Origin: Paramecium tetraurelia
Lineage: Eukaryota
Direction of reading: 5' to 3'
NCBI GenBank assembly: GCA_000165425.1
Contig: CT868163.1
Location: 372,001-436,000 of the forward strand
Length of the DNA stretch: 64,000 nt
The notes beneath the pieces are model-generated. The model did no database searches, was not told the DNA's origin, and was given only the letters and a program-made list of their open reading frames with translations. Positions 11,981 through 26,720 of the stretch are shown here, one piece after another. A program made the position numbers and the translations under genes. The stretch's first letter is position 1, and each line of letters opens with the position of its first letter.

Positions 11981-14900
11981 TCATTAATATGTATCTATCC
12001 CTAGTTCTTCAAATTCTTCTAACCCAAATTATTCTTTCTGATTTTTCGTCTTAAACCATAAAAAAGTTAATGCTGATATGAAAAATATTATAAAAAATGC
12101 TAAAAAAGCATATTCAAATCCAAAAACTATTTATTAGTCAAAATTAAAAGTATAATTAGCAGTCACATTATTCACTAAATTAAAAGCAGTTAATTTGCAT
12201 TAAGTTTATTAATTTTAAAGATGGATTTCAACTTTTAGGCTACTAATGAGATAATTCTATAACTTAGTATATATGAATCCATAGGAACTATTAAATGTTA
12301 AGATATTTTAGTAATAAGCAAAAAAATTTGATATATTCGCAGAAGGTAAAATTGGATATTCTAAATATCCTCCTATTAAATCTAAACCAGAAATATTGTA
12401 AAGAATATTAATAGCAGAATAATTATTCTCATTCAAATAATTTACAAACACTAAATCACTCGAGATAATTGCATCCTTAAATTAAAATGAATTGTTAGGC
12501 ACTAATGGAGGAGAATAATATAATAATCGGTTGAATGCGAGAGTAGATAGGGAAAAATTCCTTTCATTAACCATATAATTTAATCTGATAATAATGCTAA
12601 GCTAATTGGTAAAGCACATTATCGCAATTTGATTTTTATGTTATGAAACTATTAAAAGTCCTTCAATTTAAGATTCAAAATGTATGTAATCTTTAAGCTA
12701 TATATGTTGAGGTAGAATAAACGATATTTATTCACCTTAATAACTGTTTCCTAATTGATAATATAATATTCCTTCATCTTTACATGTATAAATATTGGCA
12801 TAAAAAGAGTAATTAGAATTCTGATAAACGTAGGGCTGAAAGCTCGTCATATTGCATTATGCTTGGATACCATGAGAAATATTCAAATTTATATAATAAA
12901 TTGTAATCTGTTATGGAGAATAAATGTAAAATACATCGTCTAATAATATTGTCTTTAAATAAGAATCACGATTAATACTAGTCAAATATGTCATTTCACC
13001 TAAAGATTAGTTTGTTATATTGATCCTAAATAAGTCATAATAGTAAAGGTGCAATTTAGATATGCAAACTAAAAATATATATTAAGAATTCATTTAGACT
13101 AATCGGCTGGGGAGTGGTTGGCTATAATATTATTAGTTTGTTATATTTTTCCAATTCCCTTTTGGAGTTATATTAAAAATTTATAAATAAATATTTGAGT
13201 TAGTATTATGGTAGATCAAAACTGATTAATTAAACACAGCACTAACAAAACTACCTTAGTTAAGTTTAAACTAATTTGTTTCATTCACAATATTGATAAC
13301 TTGGGAATTAGAATTCCCATCGCAACTTATTGAAAAACCATCCAACTTATCCACTAGAAGTTATATTATCTGATGTTAAAATGACATGATTTTGTGAAAC
13401 ATTATATGTCTAATTCTTCATTAAAATATTCAAAATATCATTCAAAATGATAATTTGTTAATTAGAGGGATAATAAATAACATTTTGTCCACCAATTTAT
13501 GATGAAAAAGAAAAATAATCAATGTAAAAACAAAGTATTATAACATTCATGAACATAAACTGTGTTTTAGGTTGATAAACGTATGATCGAAATGGCGATA
13601 ACTAAAAAAATAACCGCCTTGAGTGATCTCCGAGCGCCTTCTTGTGACGCGCCGCTCTTGAGTTTGTGTCTCTCTCTCGTAGTCGTCGTTGTCAGCTCGG
13701 CTCCATTATCGTTCACTGTTTGACCTCCTGCCGCCTGTTCTCGCGCGCCTGGATTCTCAACCTTGTTTTCCTCTTTCGTTTGAGCATCATCCCCTCCCTT
13801 CTCTGCGCATCATTGAGTATTCTTTGAGCTTTCCCTACTTCTTACCTTCTTTACNNNNNNNNNNNNNNNNNNNNNNNNNNNNNNNNNNNNNNNNNNNNNN
13901 NNNNNNNNNNNNNNNNNNNNNNNNNNNNNNNNNNNNNNNNNNNNNNNNNNNNNNNNNNNNNNNNNNNNNNNNNNNNNNNNNNNNNNNNNNNNNNNNNNNN
14001 NNNNCTAGCCGTCATATTCTCTGATGTTCAAATGACATGCTTTTGTGACACCTTATATGTCTAATTCTTCATCAACATATTCACAAAATCTTTCAAAATC
14101 ATCATTTGTTCATTAGAGGGATCATTAATAACATTTTGTCCTCCCATTTATGATGAAACCGCCCTCTTCATAATTGTTAGACCAAAGTGTTATATCATTC
14201 GTGATCATATTCTGTGTTCTTAGGTTGATAAAAGTATACTAAAGTTGGAGATAACTCATAAAATTAAGAATTGAATGATATCAAAGCGCCATCTTAAGAA
14301 GCACCACTAATAAGATTGAATCTATCTATAGTAGAAGTAGTTGTAAAATAGGATCCATTATAGTCAAATGTATAAAATAATGAAGAATGTTCAAGCACAA
14401 ATGGATAATAAACATAGATTTAATCATTAGTTTGAACATAATAAAATAAATTATCAGCAAATAATTGAATATTATTTGAGTCTTAAATACTTCTCAAATT
14501 CTTTTCAAAATATGGGGAGTTCAAGTTTGCAACATTCCAGACTTAAAAACAAACAAATTAATTCTATTAGCAATAATAACTTAATATCAACCGATTATTT
14601 ACAATCTTAATATCCTATACTTGAGCTTTGACATGTATAATACTATTTATTATATAATAATAATTTGAAGATGCAATTTATCCAACAATAATGTCACTAT
14701 AATTATCATTAATAAATAAAGTCGATGATTATTATTGTTAATTTAATGCTAAACCTACTGGTTTTATAAGATCTTTAATTTTTAAATTATTGCAAATTCC
14801 ATTAAAACGACATATTTATATTATATTTGATTCAAGTAAAAGTACAATCTATTAATAAAATAAATAGAATTATTAAAAGGGTTAAAAAGATAAAATAGAT

Positions 14901-16671
14901 GTTACATTATCAAACTCTTAACAATGATTACATATAAATAATTATTAACTGTTAATTTAAACTCCAAAATAAATATCATTCAAAAAACAATAACCTTAGA
15001 TTTGATTATTAATTCTATTTATCGGAGAATTAATTGTAAAATTCTAAGTAAAATTGAAATAAAATTGACTTCCAAAAGTTTATATATTTAATAACAAAAT
15101 ATTTTGGTTTATTATTACAACAGCATAACTTTTATTTAGAAATTATAAATTTTGAAATGATTAATTTATGGAGCCTACATTTTAAAATGTTATATCATTA
15201 AAGTATCCAAGGCTTGAATTTTCTACTGAAAAATTTACAGTTAAGAGGGAACCTGAAAATTGTAAGATTGATTATAGATGAGGAATTTGAGTTTAAAATT
15301 AATACAAAATTTAATCGCGAAACCCATAAGTTAAGTATATGTTATTATCATTAATTGAGAGAACAGTAACATTTAACTATACCATGCAGTTTTAGCACTT
15401 AGAAGCATCAGTTTAATTTGTCTAATATGGGCTTCCTTGAATAATAAATTGATAATTTGTTTAATTCTAATGAGACTCAAATTTTATCTTAGAATAATCT
15501 ACATAATAAGTCGAAATCTAAGTATCACTAAATATAAATAACAAATTGCTATTATAATCAAAGGAAACTTAAGCTAATGAAGAATTTAATTGTAGCTCTC
15601 CAGTCAATTTGAAATTCTATTTAAACTTTGTATTATTTTTGTAAATCTAGTAATTCTTTTAACTTGTTTCAATCTCATAAATTTCTATTAGATCAAAGTA
15701 TTTTACAATTAAGAACTAATTGCTTAAGAAAATTGATGAGTTTTAGTTAAAACGAATAATAGTTTTATATTAACCATATGAATATGCTGCATACTAATAA
15801 CATACATGCTATTCAAAGCTGTAATCTTTGAGAATTATTTATAAAGTATCGCATTCATAAAATATTATTTATGGATTGAATATTTAAACTGCCATGATTT
15901 AAGAGGGAAATCTATAAATAATATTTGTTGAATTCAACCCATATTCATTAACATTTAATTGATACAAAGTATTATTATTCCATAAGTAAATTGCATTTTG
16001 AGATTAGGATTTATTAGAAACTATAAAGTTAATAAATGGTTATATCCAAATAGAAATATTTTATAATAAATTTTGACTAAATTGAAACTGAGTTAAAATA
16101 TCATAGTCATCATAATATTATGCATATAGAATAGAATTAATAGAATTACTAGTAAATGTTTTAAGGTCAGTATTTTTTGGTTTTTATGGAACTAATACTG
16201 AATAAACAATAGTCCAAGCATTCTCTTGATAATTATAAATATTTAAATTAGTCAAATTGTAGCAGTCTATTATTATTGAATCTTCCTAAGTTAGTAAAGC
16301 ATTCAAACAAGTTTATTGTGGTAATTCCATTTAATTTATGAGATTTAAATAAGTTGAATTCCAAAAATAAAAATTTAATACATGAGCTTATGTAATTAGT
16401 AAGTAGTATGGGAATGAGGAGGATATAGAAATAAATGTTTAATCTAAATAACATATCTAATAATACTATTATTCTATTCAGATATTAAATTTAAGGCCTT
16501 AAGTACTTGAACATTTTTGGGGCAATCCAAAATAGTGAAGTTTAGATTTTTTTCTTTAAATAATTCATTCATTTGTAGGGAATAAGTTTCTCCCTAAGTT
16601 AGGTATACATTATAAGAGGGATATAATGCCTAGCCATATAATGTTATAAATAGACAAGATAAAAAGATCAT
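11981..16671 (-). CDS. Large single-pass membrane protein, paralogue of 52519-56366 (spans an assembly gap and duplicated contig end)
   Basis: MIFLSCLFITLYGQALYPSYNVYLTQGETYSL..; C-terminal TM FEYAFLAFFIIFFISALTFLWF then KTKNQKEQFGLEEFEEL; integrity not fully checked. Confidence 0.7.
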
Positions 16672-17767
16672 TAATTAATAATAAATGAATTTTAAGATTT
16701 TTAATATGTGAAATAGTCACCCTAGTCTTTTTAATATTCTTGCATTATAGATTAGTCATTTTTATTTCTTGAACTTCGTTTTATGCATATACATTTTTTT
16801 TGCATATTAAATTTTGTACAAAATTCACAAATAACATGATATAATTGATATAAATAGTACATAATTATTTTAAATGCTCAATAAATAAATTAAAGCTAAT
16901 TAAAATAGATTATTTAGATATCTAAATGCTTAAGATCTGAATGTTATATAGTGATGCTAATTTGTGTTATCAATTAATATTTGGTTAAAATTTATTCTTA
17001 AATTTAAATCAATTTAATTGAGTTATTGAAGTATTATTATCCTTTATATTTCTATTTCAAAGTTAAGAATATTGTATCAGAAATATTCATAATATTTTAT
17101 TAATTTAAAGTTGTTACAAATTTTCATTATTAAATTTTATGATCATAAATCTTGCATAATACTTAAAAAATAGGCTTAAATTAAGAGACATTAAAATGTA
17201 ATAGTGCCTTTGTAATAGATATAGCAAAAAAAAATCTATTTTATTAAGGAACTATCTGCAGAAATGAAAAAGATAAGACCATATGCGAAATAATTTATTT
17301 AGGAATAGAGAAAGCTCAACTTACTTTAATCGGTGACTCTTAAGAAATCCCTTATAACCTGTAAAAATTAGTTTTAGAATATATAGTTAGTTGTTTAAAT
17401 AAATAGGTTTAAGGCTATAAAATCGCATATAATTTTAATTAAAAGCACTATAGAAATTTGAGTTAAATCAATATTATAAATTGATGAGTCAATATTTGAT
17501 GTCGTCGATAATTTATTGAGGATACTTGGCACCAGCATTTTAATAATAGTTATAAAAAGTTTGAATATAGTGTCCTTTACAGTGAATAAGTACCAAAATA
17601 AAGAGAAGTGATTATAGTATTTGTTTTAAATTGATTTAATTTTAATTTTTATTGAATTATCTTTATTTTAAGAATAAAGAGATAAGAATTAAAAACTGAT
17701 GAAAATTATAATAAAGGATTTATATTTGAATATAAATAAATATGCTATCTACAATTAAACAATTATT

Positions 17768-18157
17768 TCAAAATATGTCTTCCAAATTTATTCTTTAAGA
17801 AATTCTGCTTCTTTATTTTTTCTTCGATTTAGATTTTTTTTGTGGTGATTTCATTCTAGGATTCTAAATATACTCTGGCTTATTAGAAACTTGAGGAGTA
17901 TTCCAAGAAGGAGTTTCTCTGCTATCATCTATGTCATTGAGTTACTCTTCCTTTATGGTGGTTTGAAAGAATATAAAACACTACTTATTAACTTCTATTT
18001 CATTAATTCCTAAATTTATGTCATCAATTTCATCATCATACTAACAGAGTTTAGGATAATATTAGAATGTCTTAGGTACATTAACTGTAATTGTATTATC
18101 CTCATCTAAATATTCAATCTATGATTTCAATTAACTAGAATGGATGAGTGCCCCCAT
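17768..18157 (-). CDS. Hypothetical protein (129 aa)
   Basis: MGALIHSSQLKSQIEYLDEDN..SRISQRINLEDIF*; 390 nt, in frame. Confidence 0.6.
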
Positions 18158-18293
18158 TAATTATGTGTAATATAAAATTATTATTGTTTAAAGATTTATC
18201 AATGAGCATCAATTTATGGAGAACAGTATTATATTAGCAAAATTAAAATAAATTAGAATTGTTTTATATTAGAATGAATTTTTCAATTTAAAA

Positions 18294-19414
18294 TCATTAA
18301 CTATTTTCCTATACTACTAATTACAACATCAAAGGTACAAACTTTTTTGTTTCTTCATGTGTTATGTATTGTAACAAACTCTTGTTATTGCTAATCATTT
18401 TTTCAATTTCTTCTACTTAATATGTCAAAAGATCACTTGGATTATGTTTAATGTTTACTTTAAAGTGTAATTATAGATGTTTTCAAATGCTTCTTTGCTA
18501 AGCACTTGTTATAAATATGATCTTAAGCCTTATGGATTATTAAAGTAATCCAGTCCGACATCTTAGTTTGTTGTTTTAGCAGTTTTTGTTAGATTTAGAT
18601 CGTCTTCATCATCATCATCTTCTAAATCATCAAAATCCAGACCATCTCCAAGATCAAATTATTCCAATATCTATTATCTTTTTTTTTCAAATTAAGGATC
18701 TCATAATTGATTCACAATATTATTAGTTTCCTACACTTCCTCAAGCTAATGATAAATACATTCAACATACCACTTTCTCATACTCCTTACATAAGATTGC
18801 TTATTATAATGCATCTATTTCAGCATCATTTTCCTGTTGTACTAATCCATAATCCATATTTGGTTCGTCTTGATCTTCAAGTTCCGCTTCTTAGAATTGC
18901 TTTTTATTACTCTATTAACCTTCAGCTTCATAAGTTTCTTCTTCACTATTATACTCCTCCAAATTATCATCCAAATTTTCAGGTTATGAGATCGTTTGTC
19001 TAACAATATATTTCGGTTCACTTTCAAGATTTGGTTAACTTTATTATTATTATATTTATTATCTTCTTTTTTGGAGATCCTCTCTCATATCTTTTTATTG
19101 TTATTCTCTCTTCTTTTTTTGATCTTCTTTAAATCTTTTTTTTGCCTCCTCTTCTTATTGCATTTTTATTAACTTTCTCTTTTCCTCCTCTTTTCTTTTA
19201 ATATCAGCTTCTAATTTAATTTACTACATTCTTTTTCTTTCTTATTCTTATTTTTCTACATCCACTAATTTATTCTTGCTGTTATTCCTTTGTTTTTATG
19301 GTTATACAGCTGTATTTGGCTTTTATTATTCACGTCTTGGTTATTACGAATATTATTTTGGAGGTTATATAACATGCTATTAAACTAAAGGTTTTTNNNN
19401 NNNNNTTTTTATTA

Positions 19415-19476
<62 letters not shown>

Positions 19477-20608
19477 GTTATTATTATTATGGTTGTTGCT
19501 ATTGCAATGATGATTATGATTAACTACTATTTTATTTACTTAATAGATTAGGGGGTGGTCTAAGATTATCTTCATCAATTAGCTTTAAATCCGACAATTT
19601 AGCTAAGCAATTTATTTTCTATAATTGTTTTATATTATAATTTACTTATTTATGCAAAATAGTATGAGCAAATTCGACCTTTTATTAACTTTCGGTCAGG
19701 AACTCTTTCATTCTTGCGCTTATTATTGGCATTTCTGAAAGTAATTAAAATTTGTTTTACTTAATATTTAATTTATATTTGGTCTTTTTGATGGTTATGT
19801 TTGTAATAATGTTTTGACCAAATTATTCATTTCTTTGGAATATGTGCTTGGAATTTGTACGAATTGTCCTTTAATAATTTTTAAGGCTAAGAAATGCAAA
19901 CTATCTGCAGTAAAAGGTGGTTTCAAAGCACACAATTCATACAAAATTGCCCCTAGAGACCAAATGTCGCTCTACATTTATTGATATTATTTACCGCCTA
20001 AGAGTAAGGCTTTGATTCAATTATCTCTGGAGACAAATAATAAGGAGTTCCTACTTAAGTCTTTGCTTTTTCTAAAGTGTTTCCTAAAATCTTTGCAATA
20101 CCAAAATCTCCTAGCTTTACTCTATTTGCTCTATTCAAAAATATATTTTATCCTTTCAAGTCTCTGTGAATAATTTTCCTATCGTGAACATGTTTCAGTG
20201 CCAAACAAATTTATGTGAACCAATCCAGTATTTATGATTCTGTAAAGGGTTTACCTTATTAGCTTTTGACTTTCTTATCTAAGTCACCACCTAGCCATAA
20301 AATTATTTATTACCATCAGCATATTCCATTACAATACATAATTTACCTTACTTAGTTGCGAATACATCTTTAAATTTAACTATATTTGGATGATCTAAAC
20401 ATTATAGTATTTTAGCTTCTTTAATTGTTTCTTCCTTTTCTTTTTAGGGCATTGAACTGATATCTATTTATTTCTTAACCCAATAAGTCCTAAGAATAAA
20501 ATAAATGTAGTACCCATCTCGAATATCCTCTACTAATAGTGCTTTACCAAAAGCGCCCTCTCCAAGCACTTTAATCTTTCGAAAAGAATCATAGTCAGGT
20601 GCAGCCAT
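18294..20608 (-). CDS. NIMA-related (NEK1-like) Ser/Thr kinase with polyQ and coiled-coil tail
   Basis: [88 protein letters not shown]. Confidence 0.93.
19398..19490. repeat. (TTA)n microsatellite encoding polyglutamine (TAA codons) in the NEK kinase
   Basis: Run of about 30 TTA/TTG triplets next to a short N gap, within the minus-strand kinase gene. Confidence 0.85.
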
Positions 20609-21065
20609 ATTTGATTTTTATTTAATAATATAAATTGCAATAACTTATATATCTAACTGTTAGAAAACATTTGAATTTAGTTTAATTTATAAATATTAAA
20701 CTTAGTTGTCATTTAATCATAGAGATTTTTGTTTTAAAGATATTGTGTTGATCTAATTTATAAAAGAATTGATAATTTTTTATTATATTTAGATATAATT
20801 TTATTAATGAATTATACATAGTTGTTATGCTTTAGCACCACATCAAGTATATTTAATGATGTAATTGTTATTCTAATAGTTTTCTGAATTTCTATAGCAA
20901 AATATTAAAATCTAATATAAAATCAATATTGCACTTATATTTTAATGTTAATTTATTTCGAATATTAAGCTATAAATAGATCCTTAGTGAACATAGTTTT
21001 GAATAATTAAAAGAAGAGAATAAATGTTTAAATTTAATTGATATGTGTATTATTGCAAAAATGAA

Positions 21066-22680
21066 TCAAATATCTTAAAGTAAATTCAATATTTATTAAG
21101 GTGAATATCTTTATTTAGGATTGATAGCTAACATTCCTTTTAATAATTAAGTTAATAAAGGAGTAACTTGAATACCAGAATAATTTTATTCTCGCAATAC
21201 AAATTCTAGATTAGTCAGTATCTTAATTTATTTTTCAACGATTTTACTAAAACTCCGACCAGAAACAGCAAAGAGACCTTAAGCCATGACTTTCTGACCC
21301 TTATAATTGATTACTTATGTATCATAACTCATCCATAAAGGCAGTCCTGATATGATTTCCAAGACAACACATCCTAATCCCCATATGTCTATAACCCACG
21401 ACTTATCATAATTGACAAGGGATTCAATTAACTGATTATCGTAAGACATCTTGTTCTCTCTAAGTATGAAAGTTAGCATCTCTGGGGACATATACTCAGG
21501 GGTTGCCATTGAAAACTTTTCAAAGACTTCAGCAAATTTGAAAGATGAACCATAGTCTATTATTTTAAATTCGACATCTTATGATCCATAAGAGATAAGA
21601 ATGTTTTCACTTTTAATATCACTATGGACCCAACCAGTTTTGACTAACAATTCTAAAGTTTAGGTGATTCTTTTGATAAACTTGAATAAAAAGACAGGAA
21701 ACTACTTAAAGAGCAAACTTAATTTCTATGGAATTAACTACCATGTATTCTTATTATACCTTATAACTATTATTGAGGGATTCAAAGTCATACAATTAAG
21801 TTCCCAATGAATATCCACAAACTTCATACATTATAAATACATCGTGAGGATCAATAACATAATCTAGCATCTTGCATAAGTATTTAATCCCTTCATTTTA
21901 CTAAAATTAACTCCTTATTTAACCTCCTTTGTTAAAAAACTAAGTGCAAAATGCTAATTCTTTGAAATGAGTTTCATGTTTAGATTTCCTTGGGATCTAT
22001 TTAACAGCACACAAAGCACCTCCCTTCTATTCTTTAGCTAACCAAATCAATGAAAAACCTCCTCTTCCCAATAGTTTCTCCCTTTGAAATCCAAAAGGGA
22101 ACCTATTTCCAAATTTATCCCATTCTTCTATCGTTAACTCAAATTATTAAACAAACGACTTGGCATCAACTATTTGATTCTTATTGACCCCAATAGACTA
22201 AAATAGAGATTACTGTTGCTATCTTTGTTGTTATTATTATTGTTGTATAGAATACGATCTTTATTTTTGACTTGTATATAAGGATTGTCTATTTTAATTA
22301 TTAGGAGATTAATTGTAATCTCCGATACTATTATTTCTTTTAGTCGATATAGATCTTTTTGTTTATGCCTAGCTTTTTTGAGTTAGTTAAATTAATTTCA
22401 ATTGATTTGGGAATTCATTCTCTGAATCTGATTATTGTTGAGTCAACATCCTGTTTGTTCTGTTACCCAATAATCCTTTGTTAATTTTCCACTTATTTGT
22501 ATATACACTTTGATCTATCTTATTTAAAGGAGAATAATTTAAAGAAATCTAAACTTGATAATAGTTACTTACTTGCTTTGTGTTTCGTGTGTCATCTACT
22601 TCAGTTTAGATATTAAGTTTCTATCTGCAATACAGTTATTTTAACTAGAGCTGCTGTTGCTATTTTAAACTCTTCTTCAT
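21066..22680 (-). CDS. Ser/Thr protein kinase (non-RD; HSD and DYG motifs, CMGC/DYRK-like)
   Basis: LLGRGGFSLIWL, CAVKQI, VHSDIKSENILI, IIDYGSS, ATPEYMSPE, DIWGLGCVVLE. Confidence 0.88.
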
Positions 22681-23223
22681 TTGTTTTTACTAATTTATAG
22701 ATGATTATATTTATAAATATATCAAATCATTGGTAATTCTTATCTCTAAAATAAATATATACAAGAATCATTAATTGAAACAATCATAGAAAACTCAGTT
22801 TAAGGTTAACAAATTTGAGTATATTAATCTATTTATTTTAAAATCAACTGAATGAAAGTTATATAGACTTTATCGATCCTCCTACTTCACCAACCATCAA
22901 TACTCCAGTAATTTAGTTTTCAATTTTTGAATGTTGATCTTCCTTTGATATTGTTGCTTAGATTAAGTATAAAATATAGGTTTTCGTTTTTTAGCAACCC
23001 AAATTTCGCTATTTTTATTCAAAAAGATTTGGTGAATTTATACTTTCCTCTGCTTCTAAAACTACAAAATATTTTGATATTTCTTTTACTTTTTTGTTTT
23101 TGTATTTTTATTAAACTTAAAGGTCTTTTTAAGATAGTAAAAATAATTGATAATTAAAATTATGACTTTATTTGTAATAATAATAAATTCATTTTTTAGA
23201 ATGTTATTAAAGTGAAATAATAT

Positions 23224-25062
23224 TCAATTGGATTATCTTAATTTAAGATCAACAATAGGTTATATTACTCTATTTAAGTTAGATCAAATTTTTAACTGAT
23301 TTCATATCTTTAAATCATATTTCTGAATATATCTTTGTCAACTATTTAGATATTTAATTCATCTAGTAGTTGAATTTGATGGGAGAATCTAATATTTGCA
23401 ATTTTTAAATTGATTAGATATTTTTCATATAATATATCATTATAAATGTTTTTTTAGACCAGTCTACTCAATTTAATTTAAGAACTCTTATTTTAATGAG
23501 AGTCCAATTTAGCCAATATCATTTTCTGATCCATTGTATAATATACAATTATCAAACACCAACATGATATCATGATAGAATTCTTTACAATTTTTATATT
23601 GATTTGCATTTAATTTTTGCTATTTAGTATTATATATTGTTAAATACCTTAACAGTTCCAAAATCCATGGGTCTTTTAACAATGTCATAGTAATCATTGA
23701 TGCCATACTTTTTCTCGTCCACAGGATTATGAAATAATTGTGCTCCTTTTGCTTTCCATAATATTTACAACACCTTTTTAGCTACTTTTTCCCAAATATC
23801 ATCATCTTTCATAGAGTTCAAAACATTGTCATCTATTAATTCGTCTGCATTAATTATTAGATTAGCTATTTATGGGTATTACTATTAAAATTTAGAAAAT
23901 TCTGAGGATGTAATCTCTTGAAGATTACCATATTCATCAGTAAACATTAATTTATATGCTTACTTAGGCAAATCCTTATTTTTCTTCTTCTATTATTTAG
24001 GTTGTTCTCCTCTGCTATTCTCATTATTGTAATTAGAATTTTGTTTAAAATCATCTTTATTTTTTCCAAAATATGAATTGAACAGTTCCATCACTTCCTT
24101 CCTCTAAAATCTCTTGGCAAAGAATTAGGCTGTCTTTTTGTGTTGATCTTGATGATTTGGATTGCAACCATTCTATATAGTCTAAGATCTTACATCAATT
24201 AGAATTTTACAGATTTCAGCATTCCCTTCTCTGGCTGAATAGAATAATGCTGTTTGATTTGAGAGGGTATCCACTAAATTGACATTGGCTCCAACTTTAA
24301 CAAGTCTATTCAAATACATGAGAAGTACCTTGTGACAATATCTACTTTATTGTCCCTGGCTGCATAAAATAAAGGAGTTTATCCATATTAATCTTGATCA
24401 TTTATGTTGACTGCATTCTAAGACAATACGAAATCAAGCAATTTCAGTTTACCATCTCTGCATATGTAAAATAATATTGACTATTTTAACGAATCCTTGA
24501 AATTTAAATTAACTCGAAAATCTGTCAATAGAGACAGAAATTTCAACGCCAACCCTTCATTATCAAATTACACTACGATATAGGAGCAAATCTATTTGCT
24601 CTGCTAATCAACTACATTCACCAAATCCATATCCTTGTTTTATTCTAATAATATTCGTACACTCTTTTACATAGAAAATTCACCGCTTTATCATATTCTT
24701 ATCCTTTTAAAAGGGTTTTGAATTCCTCATAAATTTATTGCTGTGATTCTTAAGTAAATTTTTGCTGATTCTAATTTTGATCTACTTGTTAGGGTATGGG
24801 TTATGGAATTTGAGTTGGGAATCTGTAAGTGGGGATGTTTTGAACCACGATACTACGCATAAACTAACTTTAAGCTATATACTTAATTACTTTTACTTAT
24901 TTCATCATCATTCACTTTGGATAACACATTATTTATTTGCATATCATTGTAATTAATAGACTACAACATGGATTTCAAATCAGCCCTAGTTATTTTCCCA
25001 TTTTTTTAGAATTGTTAAAATAAAGCATCATAAGGTTAGTAATACATGTATTGCGTATTCAT
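23224..25062 (-). CDS. Ankyrin-repeat plus bromodomain protein
   Basis: Ankyrin: QTALFYSAREGNAEICKILID; bromodomain: ILWKAKGAQLFHNPVDEKKYGINDYYDIVKRPMDFGTV..DIMLVFDNCILYNG; start codon approximate. Confidence 0.85.
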
Positions 25063-25245
25063 ATATAATAAAAATTATAATTGACATAAAAATAGCATTT
25101 TCTGAGTCATATTTTAAAAATATGTCATGTATTTCTTTTCCGATCCAATTTATTCAGTAAATCACAATTTCCATATATAAACATACCCTTAATTTAGATT
25201 GTTAATCAAAATTATAAATAGTAACTCTTTAAAATATTATCAATT

Positions 25246-25782
25246 TCATTAGAGAGTGAATGATTTTTAGCTTGAATCCCATGGTTACAATCTATCTGAA
25301 GGATCTGGCTCAGGATTAGGTTCAGTATAGAGATCTTACTTTGGCAACGAATGACGATACTTCAACCTCTACGGTTTGCTATTTAGACAATGGAGTTTGG
25401 GAAGGAAACAATCTTTTACAGTTTCAATTTGTTTCCCCTAAATTTCATGAATAGAATTGCAGTATTTCTTAGGACTTTCTGGTTTATCCTTCAATTTTCG
25501 CTTAACTATGTTGTCAATGTAGGACTGATAAACTGTATTTTTTTTGGGTATATTTGTGATCACAAAAGGAGAAGGACTGTCTTATTGGAAATTTGATCTC
25601 CTTGCAATCTTTGAGGGGAATACTTTGAGTTCAATATATTTTGATTGAGATGGTTGACTATTAACGCGATATGTGAAAATTGGAAAGACCTATCCTCTAT
25701 TATTCTATTTTATTAGACCTTTCTTGACAAAGAATTGAAAACTGGGTTCTTAATAAAATGTTTGTTTTTCTTTTGATGCCAT
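25246..25782 (-). CDS. Hypothetical protein (178 aa)
   Basis: MASKEKQTFYQEPSFQFFVKK..LPKL..LQPWDSSQKSFTLQ*; in frame, intronless. Confidence 0.65.
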
Positions 25783-25813
25783 AAAATTAACAAAAAGAAA
25801 TTATTAATAACTT

Positions 25814-26559
25814 ATGATAAAATTATTCGCAACAGCATTTCGACCTGTTATCATGCAGTAACGTTGTTTTCAAAGATAATTTTAATATAATTTTGCGAAG
25901 ATCAGCAAGAAGGATCAGGAAAGGATGGATAAAAAGCAAGAGAAATAAAATCTTGGACTTTCAAAAACTATTGATTTTACTTCCTATCAATCCAAGTTTG
26001 ATCAATATGCTCAGAAATTTTAAGAAGCTCTAAAGAAATTGTAAGTAGGTAAACTAACACCAGAAATGCTGGACAGAGTATCAATTTAAGCTTACGGTGA
26101 AAAATTGCCCTTGTCTTCTCTGGCTTAGGCATCTCAAAAATCGTAAGGAGTCTTGATTCTAAATGTATTTGATGAATCTACATTGATGGATGTAATGAAG
26201 GTATGCATAATTTCATTCATAGGCTTTAGAAAATTCAGACCTTAATTTGTAAGTTAAGAAACAAGACAAACAAATAGTATGTCAATTAGCTTAAGGCAAT
26301 ACAAAGGAGAGCAGAATAATGGCAGTCAATAATTTGAAGAAATTAATGGAAGATGCTAAACAAAACCTTAGACAAATTAGACATGAATGCATAGATGATG
26401 TAAACAATTATTTAACCCAAGTTAAAACCTTATAAAAAAGTCACATCCGAAGATACTATGAGACAGGCAGAGAAACAAATCTAAGATTTATTTGAAAAGT
26501 AAACACAATCTTTGGATTCATTATATAAATCCAAAGAGAAAGAGTTATTGAATAATTGA
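25814..26559 (+). CDS. MRRF: Mitochondrial ribosome recycling factor
   Basis: Targeting-like N-terminus; LKKLQVGKLTPEMLDRVSIQAYGEKLPLSSLAQ, LNVFDES, ALENSDLNL, EDAKQNLRQIRH, SEDTMRQAEKQIQ. Confidence 0.8.
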
Positions 26560-26720
26560 TCATTTTCACATTATTTAAAATTTTATATATATATATAATA
26601 CTCGATTTGCAGCCATCAATAATGCATTCAATAATTTATATCATACTTTTTGTGAGTTGAAATGAATTCATTTATGCATCTCAAAATATCAATTAGAATA
26701 TATACAATAAAATAAATATT

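Noticed and set aside
13560..13854. GC-rich island suggesting foreign DNA, editing or hypermutation; includes the 111-aa ORF
   Set aside because: It is a colinear copy of ~14210-14505 with systematic A-to-C/T changes increasing toward the gap, typical of low-quality read ends
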